Positions 30,484 through 40,703 of a DNA stretch of 57,928 nucleotides are shown piece after piece. The DNA is taken from IMG/VR virus record IMGVR_UViG_3300018915_000003; one strand, given 5' to 3'. This stretch comes from an uncultured virus (IMG/VR IMGVR_UViG_3300018915_000003) (taxonomy: Duplodnaviria > Heunggongvirae > Uroviricota > Caudoviricetes). A program made the position numbers and the translations under genes. Positions within the stretch are counted from its first letter, which is position 1, and each line of letters begins with the position of its first letter. The notes beneath the pieces are model-generated. The model saw only the letters and a program-made list of their open reading frames with translations. It searched no databases and was not told the DNA's origin.

Positions 30484-32372
30484 CTAGATTCAATTTTCTG
30501 TTGGATGGCCTTATATGTTGCTATTCTGGTTCGATACATTTCTTCCTTGAGTTGGTCAAGTTTGCTTTGAGTTGATGATTGGACTATTCGCTGTTGTTGT
30601 TGGGGGTTGACACCTTGTTGTTTTGTAAGGAGTTGATTCCTCAGGTTTGGTACACCTCTGTTTTGAGCCCATGCCATACCAGCCTTTGCAGCTGCAAGCA
30701 TCTCCTGTTGGGTCTGTTTGGACATATTGAGCTGAGCGCTCTGTGCATTCTTCTGTAGTTCGATGCCTCCCCTGATTTTCTCCTTTTCTAGCTCTATCTT
30801 GGACTGCTCCACTGTTTCCTTCATTATCTTGTCTCTCTCTTCATTCTTCTGGAGCTCTTCCTTGATGTCGTTGAAGCCCATCAATTCCGCAGCTTTGCCA
30901 ATGGTTATGAGTTTGTTTGTGAACAGTGGAACTATTGCCTTTGCAAGCTCATCCAGTGTCTCGAAGGTGATATTCTCGAACTCTAGCTTAATCTTCACAG
31001 GTAGCAATGAACTGAAGCCCTTACGTCCTACCATATCCTCAGCCTTGAAGCCCTTGAGGCCGGCGAATTTGATTGCAAGCAGTTTGTTCAACCACTGAGG
31101 CTCTAGTGTATCCTGGAGCATTGTCCTGTCGTTTGCAAGGTCTGAGTCCTGCCATGCCTGGAGGATTGAGTTGAGGGTTGCTCTGTTTGTTATGGCTTCG
31201 AAGCCTATCAAGGGTGAGGGTACGTTGAGAACTCTGGCAATGTATCTATCGTTTGCGTCTCTAGCGTTGATGAGTGCAATAAAGTCGCCCAACATGTTGA
31301 ACTGTTGTAGTTCTACCTCGTGGGTTGTGGCGTTCATAGTTCCTGGCTGGAATTTCCTAACAAATCTGCGGGCATCATCTGCTGATATGTCGCTCTTGAA
31401 TCTGAGCAATCCAGCGGGGGCCCATCTACTGCGAGCCATCTCTTTGATGTCTATCTCATTGAGCATCCTATTGGTCTCGGAGGTGTGTATAACACCCTCT
31501 AGGTCAGAGAGGCCGTAGTATAAGGAGTCGGGTGAGATGTGATAGTCGTGGTTAACGAAGTAAATGAGACGCTCCATAGGGAATGGGTCATTGTCTTTGC
31601 GGTCGGCATATCCTACTCCGAGCATCTTCCAGGTCTTTCTGTCGATGTAGACAGTGCCCAGCTTCTTCCAGTTGAGTATCTTGACCTCTGTGGGGATGCC
31701 TGTCTTTTTGTCTGTCTCTACTAACAAAGCGGCCCTTCCACCTACCTTGGCCTGTATCATTGCGGCCTGGGTTGCGTGGTGCATGTTGACCTTGCGGTTG
31801 ATGGAGTCGATGAATGTGAGAATGGCGTTTGATTCCTGGTCGTTGAGGTATTCGTTGATTGCTGCTACCTTATCCTCTGCAGCTGCTGGAGCAAACTCTT
31901 CGGTGATGTCTATAATGGTCTTAGTTCTACGACCTAGTGCATACTTTACAATGAGGTTGATGCACCTGCGAACTATACCATCAGCACGGTATGAGTCCTC
32001 AAACCTGAACTTATCAGCTGGCAGGTATGGGTCTGTGAGTGCGAATACTTCTCGCCCGTCTACCCATTTATCATATTCGACTACTGCTGCATTTTTGAAT
32101 TTAGCAAAAGGGTCTTGAGAATAGGCACCCTGTATCGATGCGGTGAGAAATTGCTCGCCGTATCCTCCTGTGGTATCATCGGCCTGTCTGCCCCAATATC
32201 CCTGCATGAGCATGAGGTTATAGAGGGAAGTGGGCATCTTTGGCTCTTGGTTGAGTGGAGTGATTATCTCTTCAGTTCGGTCTTTGCCGCCGTCTGACAT
32301 TACAATGGGCGGTCTATGTCTTGAGCTGGCTCTAGGAGTGGGAGCGGGAAGTTGAGGAGTATTAGAGGACAT
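30480..32372 (-). CDS. Portal protein
   Basis: 630 aa; 'IVRRCINLIV', 'VGGRAALL', 'YYGLSDLEG', 'IARVLNVPSPLIG', 'QDTLE' follow the portal motif order; near terminase. Confidence 0.85.
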   Translation of the reverse strand: MSSNTPQLPAPTPRASSRHRPPIVMSDGGKDRTEEIITPLNQEPKMPTSLYNLMLMQGYWGRQADDTTGGYGEQFLTASIQGAYSQDPFAKFKNAAVVEYDKWVDGREVFALTDPYLPADKFRFEDSYRADGIVRRCINLIVKYALGRRTKTIIDITEEFAPAAAEDKVAAINEYLNDQESNAILTFIDSINRKVNMHHATQAAMIQAKVGGRAALLVETDKKTGIPTEVKILNWKKLGTVYIDRKTWKMLGVGYADRKDNDPFPMERLIYFVNHDYHISPDSLYYGLSDLEGVIHTSETNRMLNEIDIKEMARSRWAPAGLLRFKSDISADDARRFVRKFQPGTMNATTHEVELQQFNMLGDFIALINARDANDRYIARVLNVPSPLIGFEAITNRATLNSILQAWQDSDLANDRTMLQDTLEPQWLNKLLAIKFAGLKGFKAEDMVGRKGFSSLLPVKIKLEFENITFETLDELAKAIVPLFTNKLITIGKAAELMGFNDIKEELQKNEERDKIMKETVEQSKIELEKEKIRGGIELQKNAQSAQLNMSKQTQQEMLAAAKAGMAWAQNRGVPNLRNQLLTKQQGVNPQQQQRIVQSSTQSKLDQLKEEMYRTRIATYKAIQQKIESS

Positions 32373-32475
32373 TTTTGGAATTAACTACCTAACAATAGAA
32401 AGGTAGTGAGAAACTAAACATGATAACTACCCTAACCTTTTTATCGGCTAGGATAGTTAACCATATTGTTGAGAC

Positions 32476-32871
32476 ATGGTTGCAGAGACTATTCTAGAAG
32501 AGACTAAAAAGGTTTGTTATGGTTGTGGAAGTGACCAAACATACTATATAATCAGAAAGACTGGTTCCCGAAATTATCACTGGTATAGTAACGCACCGAC
32601 TGGTTTATGGTTATGTGAGATCTGTAATAATCAAATTATTAAGAATCCAAAATGGACATCAATAAACAACAAATTAAGGATGAATTATAAAGGGAAATTA
32701 GTCTATCTAAAAAAGAATCCAAGGATAGGTGTTTGTAATTTGTGTAGAGCGGTATATCCTTTCGATTGTGGAAAGACTGATATCCATCATGTGGAATATC
32801 ACGATGATGATATCCTAAAAGATACGTTAGAAGTCTGTCCTAGATGTCATAGAATTGAGGTTGATAGATAA
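32476..32871 (+). CDS. Zn-finger plus His-Cys HNH-like endonuclease
   Basis: CYGC...CEIC, then CNLC...'TDIHHVEY...LEVCPRCH'; AT-rich and antisense to its neighbours. Confidence 0.7.
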   Translation: MVAETILEETKKVCYGCGSDQTYYIIRKTGSRNYHWYSNAPTGLWLCEICNNQIIKNPKWTSINNKLRMNYKGKLVYLKKNPRIGVCNLCRAVYPFDCGKTDIHHVEYHDDDILKDTLEVCPRCHRIEVDR

Positions 32872-32880
32872 CGCGTTTAA

Positions 32881-33537
32881 CTATTGTTGTCCTATAGCTT
32901 TCTGAGCTCTTTCACGGCTTAATCTGCGCCTGAGGGCTTCCAAAGTCTGCTGTGTGTCCACGACGTTCTGGGTTCCAGTGACCTCAGACCTGGACTTGAT
33001 GGTGTAGCCCTTCCTAATCATGTTCTGCTCATCAGCGTCGAGTGCTGTCTCTCCTACTCTGGACACGTATGCAGCTGGTGGGTCTTGGGGTGATTGTCTG
33101 AGCCCCATCCTCTGGGATAGAACTGGACGCAATTCCATTGCGGAACCAGAATCCTCTTCATCGCTTAGGAGGTTCTTGGCCACTGAGGTGTAGCGTTCGC
33201 CTGTTGCTATTCTGCCCCTTCTGGTGCGGATGCGCTTGTGGTTGTCTGCGCCATGTAGTTTTTCAGCTAGTTCATCGGCTTCCAGTTCTTGTTTTGCTGC
33301 TTCTATTCGTGGGTCTGGTGGGATATATCCACAATCGAGACACTCAAAACTAAACTTTGCACCATTCCAGAAGAGTTTACGCTTGTCTATGGGACAGTAT
33401 AACGTGACGCCTTCAAATGAGCCTTCTATAATGTTAATGTAAGGGTTCTCACCTGGGCTGTAGCCTAATTCCTCAAGGACTCTGCGGTCTTTGATATTAT
33501 ATTCGCCGTTAGTAAAATCGATTTCAATCTCAACCAT
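32881..33537 (-). CDS. Zn-ribbon hypothetical protein
   Basis: CPID...CLDC; lies between terminase and portal. Confidence 0.6.
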   Translation of the reverse strand: MVEIEIDFTNGEYNIKDRRVLEELGYSPGENPYINIIEGSFEGVTLYCPIDKRKLFWNGAKFSFECLDCGYIPPDPRIEAAKQELEADELAEKLHGADNHKRIRTRRGRIATGERYTSVAKNLLSDEEDSGSAMELRPVLSQRMGLRQSPQDPPAAYVSRVGETALDADEQNMIRKGYTIKSRSEVTGTQNVVDTQQTLEALRRRLSRERAQKAIGQQ

Positions 33538-33727
33538 TTTTCTCTAAAACCTCCTTGAATGCCTTAGCAAATGCTCCTGTGGATTTATTTTTAGGACGCT
33601 CCCAGTATATGATGTAGCCCTCAGGAGTCTCCTCTCGGACAGTTTCATAATCTTCACTCATAAGACCGGACAAGTAACTATATGCACAGCTATATATTGA
33701 ACCTATCTGTATACTAGTCTGCATATA

Positions 33728-34156
33728 ATGTCATCAGATGCACAAGGGTTTGATACCCATCAGCAACAGATAGAACAAGAAAAACTAGACAAAGCAACAG
33801 CAAGCAGTACAACAACAGATCCGTTCGCACGTATAGAGAAAAGTTTGAACGCACCAACGAATTCGCCATTCCTCAAAATAGCGGCTAACACGTCTGTGGT
33901 GTTAAAGTTCGACGCCAATAAGATAAGGGAAGTCGAGCGCACCTTCGAGAATGACGGCGAAGAGAGGACAGTCAGGCGTATGGAATGCACCGTTCAGACA
34001 GAGGATGGCCAAGAGAAAACCATTGATTTTGCCTTTGGTTGGGTGAGGCAATTATTGCCACTGCTCAAAGAAGGCTTCACATGGTTCCGGGTCGAGCGTA
34101 AAGGAGAAAGGATGGAGACAAACTATACGTTTGTGCCACTTGTAAACAGAAGCTAA
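33728..34156 (+). CDS. Possible OB-fold ssDNA-binding protein
   Basis: 'PFLKI', 'FRVERKGERMETNYTF' resemble viral SSB-like proteins; judged by eye. Confidence 0.4.
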   Translation: MSSDAQGFDTHQQQIEQEKLDKATASSTTTDPFARIEKSLNAPTNSPFLKIAANTSVVLKFDANKIREVERTFENDGEERTVRRMECTVQTEDGQEKTIDFAFGWVRQLLPLLKEGFTWFRVERKGERMETNYTFVPLVNRS

Positions 34157-34632
34157 GGAACTTTTCTTCTTTCTTTTTTTGTCTTCCCTCTAAATTTTGC
34201 AGCACACCGATGACATCGATGTCCACCTTTACCATCAGAATACCAGTCGAAATATTTACCCTTCCTGAGCCTGGTGTCTTTACTGCCACAATTAGAACAA
34301 AAACGTCCACTCATATCCTTCTTCATATGCATGCTTAGATGGTCAGCATGACTGGCGAATAGCTCAAGATTCTCAATTCGGTTATCATTGGTTATGTGAT
34401 TCTTGTGGTGCACGACTTCCTGCGGCGTTAAGAACCTGCCCAGGTACTGCTCCATGACTAGGATATGCTCAAGTATATAGCCATCCATATTGGTTCGTGG
34501 ATGACCAAATGGGGCTCTCACAAGGATATAGCCACGTTTGTGTGTTTTCCTACCACCATGCCAGTTGGGATTCCTCTCGCCAGCTAGAATTGTCTCGGGT
34601 CTCCTCTTCCACCGATGACCAGTTGGAGCCAT
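34153..34632 (-). CDS. HNH homing endonuclease with C-terminal Zn finger
   Basis: 'EHILVME...VVHHKNHITNDNRIENLEL', then CSNC...CHRC. Confidence 0.85.
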   Translation of the reverse strand: MAPTGHRWKRRPETILAGERNPNWHGGRKTHKRGYILVRAPFGHPRTNMDGYILEHILVMEQYLGRFLTPQEVVHHKNHITNDNRIENLELFASHADHLSMHMKKDMSGRFCSNCGSKDTRLRKGKYFDWYSDGKGGHRCHRCAAKFRGKTKKERRKVP

Positions 34633-34673
34633 TTAACATCTGATGATACGCCAGGCTATATTTATAGTGGAGG

Positions 34674-36413
34674 TTAGCGCATGGAGGGGGCGACAGCAGA
34701 TGGGGCGACATAGTCCCAGCATGCGAGACGAAGTGCATCAATTAGGTCAAGTGAGTCACGAGACTTGTCCAGATTACCATTGACTTCCTGGGCACTTCGG
34801 AGTTGCATGAGTAGATTGTTGAAGTGGTCAGAGGATACAGCGAAAGAACCTCTATGCATCCAATACTGAAGATTTTGAAGCATTTCCCTGCCATGTTGCC
34901 GGAAGTTTACCGGTACCACACGCATGACCTTCGCAGGATCTATATTGTCTTTTCTACATTCTGCTAGACGCCTTTCATAATTGACATCCTCTCCGAACAT
35001 ACGCTTTAGATCACGGATATAACCGGCTCCGGAATCATCGATATACACATTCCCCACACCATACTGGTTCGCTAATTCATAGGCATTTTCCAATTGAGCC
35101 AGTGGGGAGGCTGCAGATGTCTGGTTCGCGTAGACTACTTGGATATAGTCATCCTGGCTGAATTTGTTGGTAGGGTCAGGTGTTAACTCGGTGATAAGGA
35201 TAGCGAATCCACCTGTGAAACTGTAGGCAGGGTCTATTCCCATGGAGCGGGGGCTGTTGCGTCTGCGAAAATCTTCAATATTGTCTGGATAGACACCGTG
35301 GGATGCCAACACCTTAGCATTGTTGATCGCCTTTTCAATCTCGGTTAGACCAAAAGCATTGCCGCCAGTTGTGATAAATTCTGCTTCAAAATATGCAGGA
35401 AATTGGTTGCCCAATGTGGCCCTCATCCCTTCAATTTCTTCCTCTGTCACAATACCAGCTGCAATCGCTTCTCGGACATGGATACGCTTGACCTTGAACT
35501 GTCCCTCTCCTGACCCTGCTGCATTGGCATCTGCAGCTTCAATTGATTGCCTGTATATCTCGTAGACCTTGCCTCTGGGGCCTCTTGGAGGTGTTTCGAT
35601 TATCATGGTTCCGCGGGTGTTGACCAACCTGGTCAGGGCTGCGTTAATGGTAGGGTCATAATCGATGTTGGCTGCTGCAATGTCGGAGATGTGGATGTGT
35701 TTGACATTCTTCCATGACCAGACCGCACCCTCGTTTGACCCTAATCCTCTGATGATTGTGGGTCTGTTGGGGTTCTCTGGGTTGTGCAGGTAGATGGTGG
35801 TAACCTTGGAGACCTCATCTCTGCGGAGGTATGAGGCTGGCCTATCAATAAGGAAGGGTGCGTATTTCTTGGAGGCGTGTATCATCTGCCTCAGTGTTCC
35901 AAGGTGGTCTTTGGCTTTGCCGTAGTCCTGAGCCAGGATGATAATCTCCTTACCTCTGCAGGAGCGAGGATGGGAAGTAGGTAGAAAAGCAAACTGTAGA
36001 TCGGCCATTAAGACGGATGTGGTGAGACCGATCTTCTGTGATTTTATGACAAGGAGGAAACGATAAAGCATCATGGCACGCCATACATCAATCTGGTATG
36101 CGGTCAGGTTAGCGACTGCCTTGCGTGTGAATGGGTGCTCGATTAAACCTAAATCATGATAAAAGGCGTTTGGTTCTAGGGGCACAGTAAGGTTGGCCCT
36201 GACCTTCATTGCTTGCAGGTCTTGGAATCTTTCCGCTTCATACTTGCGGAGATTAGCCTCTTTTCTACGGGCTTCTGCCAGGTCATCTGGCGAAACAAGC
36301 ACACTTGTTTGATTGCGTGTGAGGCCCTGGATTCCCTGGGTTATCTTAAGACCGCCGCTAGTTGTCCATAATGCTTTGGAGAAATTGTATTGCTTTTGGG
36401 AGTCAAAGGTCAT
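34674..36413 (-). CDS. terL: Terminase large subunit
   Basis: Q motif 'LTAYQ', Walker A-like 'KSQKIGLTT', 'ETPPRG', 'YFEAEF', RNase H-like 'MGIDPA', 'YIDDSG', 'DLIDAL'. Confidence 0.85.
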   Translation of the reverse strand: MTFDSQKQYNFSKALWTTSGGLKITQGIQGLTRNQTSVLVSPDDLAEARRKEANLRKYEAERFQDLQAMKVRANLTVPLEPNAFYHDLGLIEHPFTRKAVANLTAYQIDVWRAMMLYRFLLVIKSQKIGLTTSVLMADLQFAFLPTSHPRSCRGKEIIILAQDYGKAKDHLGTLRQMIHASKKYAPFLIDRPASYLRRDEVSKVTTIYLHNPENPNRPTIIRGLGSNEGAVWSWKNVKHIHISDIAAANIDYDPTINAALTRLVNTRGTMIIETPPRGPRGKVYEIYRQSIEAADANAAGSGEGQFKVKRIHVREAIAAGIVTEEEIEGMRATLGNQFPAYFEAEFITTGGNAFGLTEIEKAINNAKVLASHGVYPDNIEDFRRRNSPRSMGIDPAYSFTGGFAILITELTPDPTNKFSQDDYIQVVYANQTSAASPLAQLENAYELANQYGVGNVYIDDSGAGYIRDLKRMFGEDVNYERRLAECRKDNIDPAKVMRVVPVNFRQHGREMLQNLQYWMHRGSFAVSSDHFNNLLMQLRSAQEVNGNLDKSRDSLDLIDALRLACWDYVAPSAVAPSMR

Positions 36414-36415
36414 TG

Positions 36416-37111
36416 TTATTGTTGCTGAAGTCGCCGCTTCCGCTTCTCCTGTTGTTCTTGCCAGGCTTTAGTGAATGACGGGTCTGGGTCTGGGTCATTG
36501 GTGGGGTCGAATGGATCTCCTTCTTCATCTTGGTCTTCTTCTTGTTGTTGCTCTCCCCAGTCGCTTAGAGGTGGTTTCGGAATTGGTGGCAGAGGTCTTG
36601 CTGGATACCTGTTATCCTCATTGAGGACGTAGGTCTCGTTATTGTTATTGTTATTGTTGTCTTGCTGACCTGAAACTCCATCATTGAGTGCCTTTATCTC
36701 GTCATCTGTTATAGGCGGTTTGTGTTTACCATAAGCAATATCCTGCACTGACCTGGACATCCTTGTGATGATGGTTGGCCCTTCTCCCTGCAACACTGCT
36801 CCAGCCCAGCTGGCCTCGAGTTTGATACGGGCAGCTTGCATCCTTACAAAATCAGTCTTGTTTTTATCCCGTTCAATCTGGGACATGGCAAAGACTGTCT
36901 GGCCTATCCTGTCCTGGAAGGTCTGGATGGTACTAATCATTTTATTCTGTGAGTCCTTGAGCATCATATCCTTGTCCTGTTTGTGGATGCGCCTCATGTA
37001 TCTGAAGTAGGTAGCACGTGATATCTTCATGACCTGACAAATTTCGTGGGGTGGTAGACCTAACACAAGATACTTGCGCAGTCTGTTTAATTCATATTCT
37101 TTGATAACCAT
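36416..37111 (-). CDS. Terminase small subunit (putative)
   Basis: N-terminal HTH 'GLPPHEICQVMKISRATYFRY'; immediately upstream of terL. Confidence 0.7.
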   Translation of the reverse strand: MVIKEYELNRLRKYLVLGLPPHEICQVMKISRATYFRYMRRIHKQDKDMMLKDSQNKMISTIQTFQDRIGQTVFAMSQIERDKNKTDFVRMQAARIKLEASWAGAVLQGEGPTIITRMSRSVQDIAYGKHKPPITDDEIKALNDGVSGQQDNNNNNNNETYVLNEDNRYPARPLPPIPKPPLSDWGEQQQEEDQDEEGDPFDPTNDPDPDPSFTKAWQEQQEKRKRRLQQQ

Positions 37112-37427
37112 GATAAATTGAGACTTAACTGATACTAGGTCTCACATCATGGGAGAGAACTATCCACCTAAAACTATTAGAATGAGAGGGGGAATGGTGC
37201 TCAGAGAGAGATCTTTTTTTGGATGGCAGAGAAAGAGAGAGGCTGGCAGTAAGTAGACAGACTTTATTTGGTTACTCATTGGGATGGTGAGTCACGGAGT
37301 ACGCCAACTTAAGCCGTCTTTAGCCCTATTCCTCTTTCTTTTTCAGAGAAGATCGGTCGAGCACCTTTTCCCCAAGGTATTATACGCATCATTATGTTTA
37401 TATGTTTATCTGATATTCAAGACCGTG

Positions 37428-37700
37428 ATGGCAGTAGAGGAGAAAGAAAAGGGTAGAGGGAAGGAGCCACACTGGGCTGCATTATGTCAGACTAAGAAGT
37501 GCGACTACATCAGTGAAGCAAAATTTAAAACGGCTGGAGATGCATACGACTTTGGCGTGGAGAATCACATAGTCAAGGACAATGAGCCTGACCATACAAT
37601 TGAGCCTGTGATAGTGAAGGATAGCGGACTCATAAAACACGTAGAATGGGATCTTATTAATACCAGTATAGGGGAGCAAGAGAGAGAGGATTATTATTAA
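37428..37700 (+). CDS. Hypothetical protein
   Basis: ATG 37428 after a TTTATAT box; stop overlaps the pth2 start. Confidence 0.55.
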   Translation: MAVEEKEKGRGKEPHWAALCQTKKCDYISEAKFKTAGDAYDFGVENHIVKDNEPDHTIEPVIVKDSGLIKHVEWDLINTSIGEQEREDYY

Positions 37701-38083
37701 TGAGTGATGAATTTGTCGAAGGGATGCACAATCTCAAACAGGTCATAATAGTGCGTACAGACCTAGAGATGACCAAAGGCAAGATTGCGGCTCAGGTGGC
37801 CCACGCGTCTCTGCGTTCGGCCATGTTTACGATGGAGAGACATCCAATGCATTTCTGGAATTGGTTCAGAGATGGCAATTCGTTCAAGATTGTGCTTAAA
37901 GTGAAAACCATGTGGGAGATAATGGATATTGCAAGGAGGGCGGAGGCGGCTGGGATGCCTCACTCAGTTATGGTGGACAGAGGGTATACACAAGTCCCAG
38001 CAGATACAACGACCTGTATCGCATTGGGGCCAGCACCTGCAAAGGAGATTGATGCAATCACGGGGGCGCTCAAACTGTTATGA
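37700..38083 (+). CDS. pth2: Peptidyl-tRNA hydrolase, archaeal/eukaryotic type
   Basis: 'KQVIIVRTDLEMTKGKIAAQVAHAS', 'KIVLKV', 'DRGYTQV', 'TCIALGP', 'IDAITGALKLL'. Confidence 0.95.
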   Translation: MSDEFVEGMHNLKQVIIVRTDLEMTKGKIAAQVAHASLRSAMFTMERHPMHFWNWFRDGNSFKIVLKVKTMWEIMDIARRAEAAGMPHSVMVDRGYTQVPADTTTCIALGPAPAKEIDAITGALKLL

Positions 38084-39151
38084 TAACAGTTGAGTTCGAT
38101 GATTGGTTTGACTTGACAGGTGTATTCTTTGGTCTCTTTATGATGGGTATGGCTATTGGGAGATTGATATCGGGACTATGATATTGTTCAAGCCAGTGAA
38201 GATTAAGGATCACTTGGACAAGCCTGACCACATGCGGGCGCGTCTCTGTGACCTGTGTGATAATTACGGGAGATATGTTTTGCTCATCAACACCACGGAC
38301 AATGAAGATACAGATGAGGCAGAGTTTGGCTACAATTATCGGAGAGTGATGTGTCCCTCTTGTGCTCAGGAGAAATACAACCAGATAAGGGAGTTGTTCG
38401 GTGAGGAGCCTGAGGAGTTAGAGCCTGAGGAAGAAGAGAAGCCTGCCCGGAGTAATGCGATAGACATCATCAACATACTAGCCGAGACGTTGGGAAGAGA
38501 GATGACAGACGAGGAGAGGCGGGCGAGAATTAGGGAGATGTCTTTGGGGCACAAACTCGATTTACAGCGTAGGCGAGAGTTAGAGTGTGAAGTGTGTTAC
38601 AAGTCGAAGGCCACGCTAGTAGGCTATTCACCTTGTTTAGGCTATTGTAATGATTGCGCAAGAAAGTCAGGATATGTCGTTGGCCCTTGGTGATAATAAA
38701 ATGAGTTGTCCTTACTGTGATGCTCCAACGGCTGTAACAATGAGAGTTCGGTTAATAGAAGAGATGATGAATAATAATAGTGAGATGTTATGGTTAAGGA
38801 CTTGTAACAATTGCAACAAAGATTTTCATGAATTAGTATCGGAGACTTTGTGACAAGATGCCGATCATCTACAAAGAACAACAACAACCAAAGTCCACCG
38901 AGTTTGATGGCTCCGACTGGAATATGATTGGAAAATATCTAGGTATGGGAAACTCACAGAAGGAGATTGTATCTATGGACATTGAATTCGGCCCTGATGG
39001 GAGAGGGACAGTAAATTATGAATACACACCTCACAGAACGATTGAATTTCATGGTGATGAGAATAGTTTCTCGTTCACGGTCAGCAACAATCTAGATCCT
39101 GACATCATAAGATATTTACAAAATAAAGAAAGGGAAAGAGGAAAAAGTTAA
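38080..39151 (+). CDS. Four small ORFs (38080-38181 membrane micropeptide, 38178-38693 Zn fingers, 38701-38853 Zn ribbon, 38858-39151)
   Basis: ATGA overlaps and CxxC pairs; the first was translated manually (MITVEFDDWFDLTGVFFGLFMMGMAIGRLISGL). Confidence 0.55.
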
Positions 39152-40503
39152 GCGCTGTCTGATAGTGTGTCGTGTAGGTTCTCTTTTCTTTCTCCTATAG
39201 CTTTCTCCGCAGTGTTTGCATACCATGCGTGGAATGCTTTCCACCTTGGATATTGGGCTATGACTCTTAGAGCTAGCCTATGCTGTCTTTCTCTCTTGTC
39301 TCCAACCTGTTCCCTTGTGACCTCGGCTTCTATGCCTGCGTCGAGGATTGTTGGGTTCTCAGATGCAGCTGCGTGTTTACCATAGGCTGCCTCATCTATC
39401 ATGATCTTGAACCAGCTTAGATGGTCTTTCCTCCACTTTTCATCGAGGTAAGGCTCTAGCAGTTCAATCTCAAGCTTGATGAGTTCAAGCAATTGCCTGT
39501 CCAATGCTTCAGGTGGTTTGTATTTCTCTGCCTTCTCTGCGAGGTGTAATATCTCGCCTGCCCATACCCTCAATGCTTCTGAGAAGTAGGAGGGGCCTGA
39601 TAGCTTGCTCTTTGCAGAGATGGTCGGCAGTCTGATTTTACCTTCAAGCTCTGGGTCGATGGCTACATGCTTATCCTTGGCTATGTCCAGCACATACTCG
39701 GCCCTGCGCCTTTTCTCTCTGCTTTGCTCACTTGCTTCCTTGGATTCTCTGAGGCATTGTTCTGTGTAGGCTCTCAGCTCCTCCTTGTTCATCTCATCGA
39801 CGGACTTGCGAGGTGCTTCCTGCTGACGCTTCAGAAGACTCTCAGGGATAATTTCAGGAACATATGCAGAGGGGGCTGGGGTTGGAGTTGTGTTGCTGCT
39901 GCCATAGTTGTCTGCAGAAGTGTATGACCATGTTTCAGAAGGTTGTGCACCTGGGCCAGCTTCTCTATATTCTGATTGTGGTTGTTGTTGTTGTGGTTGG
40001 TTGGGGGCTTCCATTTCGGTTGGCGTTGTTGTTGTCTCGGTTTCTTGAAGATGTTTATGTGGGGTAAAAGTTGATTGTTTGTATTTTGCATCACAAACCA
40101 CATGTATCCAGGAGGGGCTGGCGCGTATCCTGTATTTTGGGTCTTCACTCTTTGCCAGGTTGCAGACATGGGCGCATATTGTATCTATCGGCTTTTGATA
40201 GACGCCTAAATAATACAGTCGTTCAAAATTAGAGCAGATTATGTTGATATAGTCGATCTTACGCTCAGTATTTTTTGTTTCCTCACGTTCGATCTCTTGA
40301 ATCTCATGCCAGACTTTATCATTCTCTGTGGTAATCTGCCAGATCTTGCGTTCACGTTCTGCGTTGGTTAACTTTGATGCCTGTTGCTGATATTCGCTAA
40401 CCTGTTGTTGCTGCTGTTGCTGTTGTTTCTTGCTGTTGTTGTTATTGCTATTATTTTCGTTAGAATTGCTTTCGCTATTCTCATTTGAAGATGACGTTGA
40501 CGT
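39148..40503 (-). CDS. Hypothetical protein of ~451 aa; ACG start inferred
   Basis: Frame is open 134 codons upstream of the listed GTG, and the extension is homologous to the C-terminal half of 40704..41258. Confidence 0.7.
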   Translation of the reverse strand, partial: TSTSSSNENSESNSNENNSNNNNSKKQQQQQQQQVSEYQQQASKLTNAERERKIWQITTENDKVWHEIQEIEREETKNTERKIDYINIICSNFERLYYLGVYQKPIDTICAHVCNLAKSEDPKYRIRASPSWIHVVCDAKYKQSTFTPHKHLQETETTTTPTEMEAPNQPQQQQPQSEYREAGPGAQPSETWSYTSADNYGSSNTTPTPAPSAYVPEIIPESLLKRQQEAPRKSVDEMNKEELRAYTEQCLRESKEASEQSREKRRRAEYVLDIAKDKHVAIDPELEGKIRLPTISAKSKLSGPSYFSEALRVWAGEILHLAEKAEKYKPPEALDRQLLELIKLEIELLEPYLDEKWRKDHLSWFKIMIDEAAYGKHAAASENPTILDAGIEAEVTREQVGDKRERQHRLALRVIAQYPRWKAFHAWYANTAEKAIGERKENLHDTLSDSA

Positions 40504-40703
40504 ACTCCGTGCTCACCAAAGTAAAAACTGTAGTCAGTATATATTAACCTCATTCACAAAACTTATATACAAATACGAAACTCGTAGACAATTGTATAGT
40601 TCTTAGCGTGCTTATGAACAGCAATAACAAAAGAGGTTTATGGAAAATAAAGAGACATGGCAACTTTTTTAAAGCACCATGCCCCTTTGTCATTTGTTAG
40701 CGA

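Noticed and set aside
39831..40553. Listed ORFs 39831..40169 and 40368..40553 as real genes
   Set aside because: They overlap, out of frame, the extended 39148..40503 reading frame, which has paralog support
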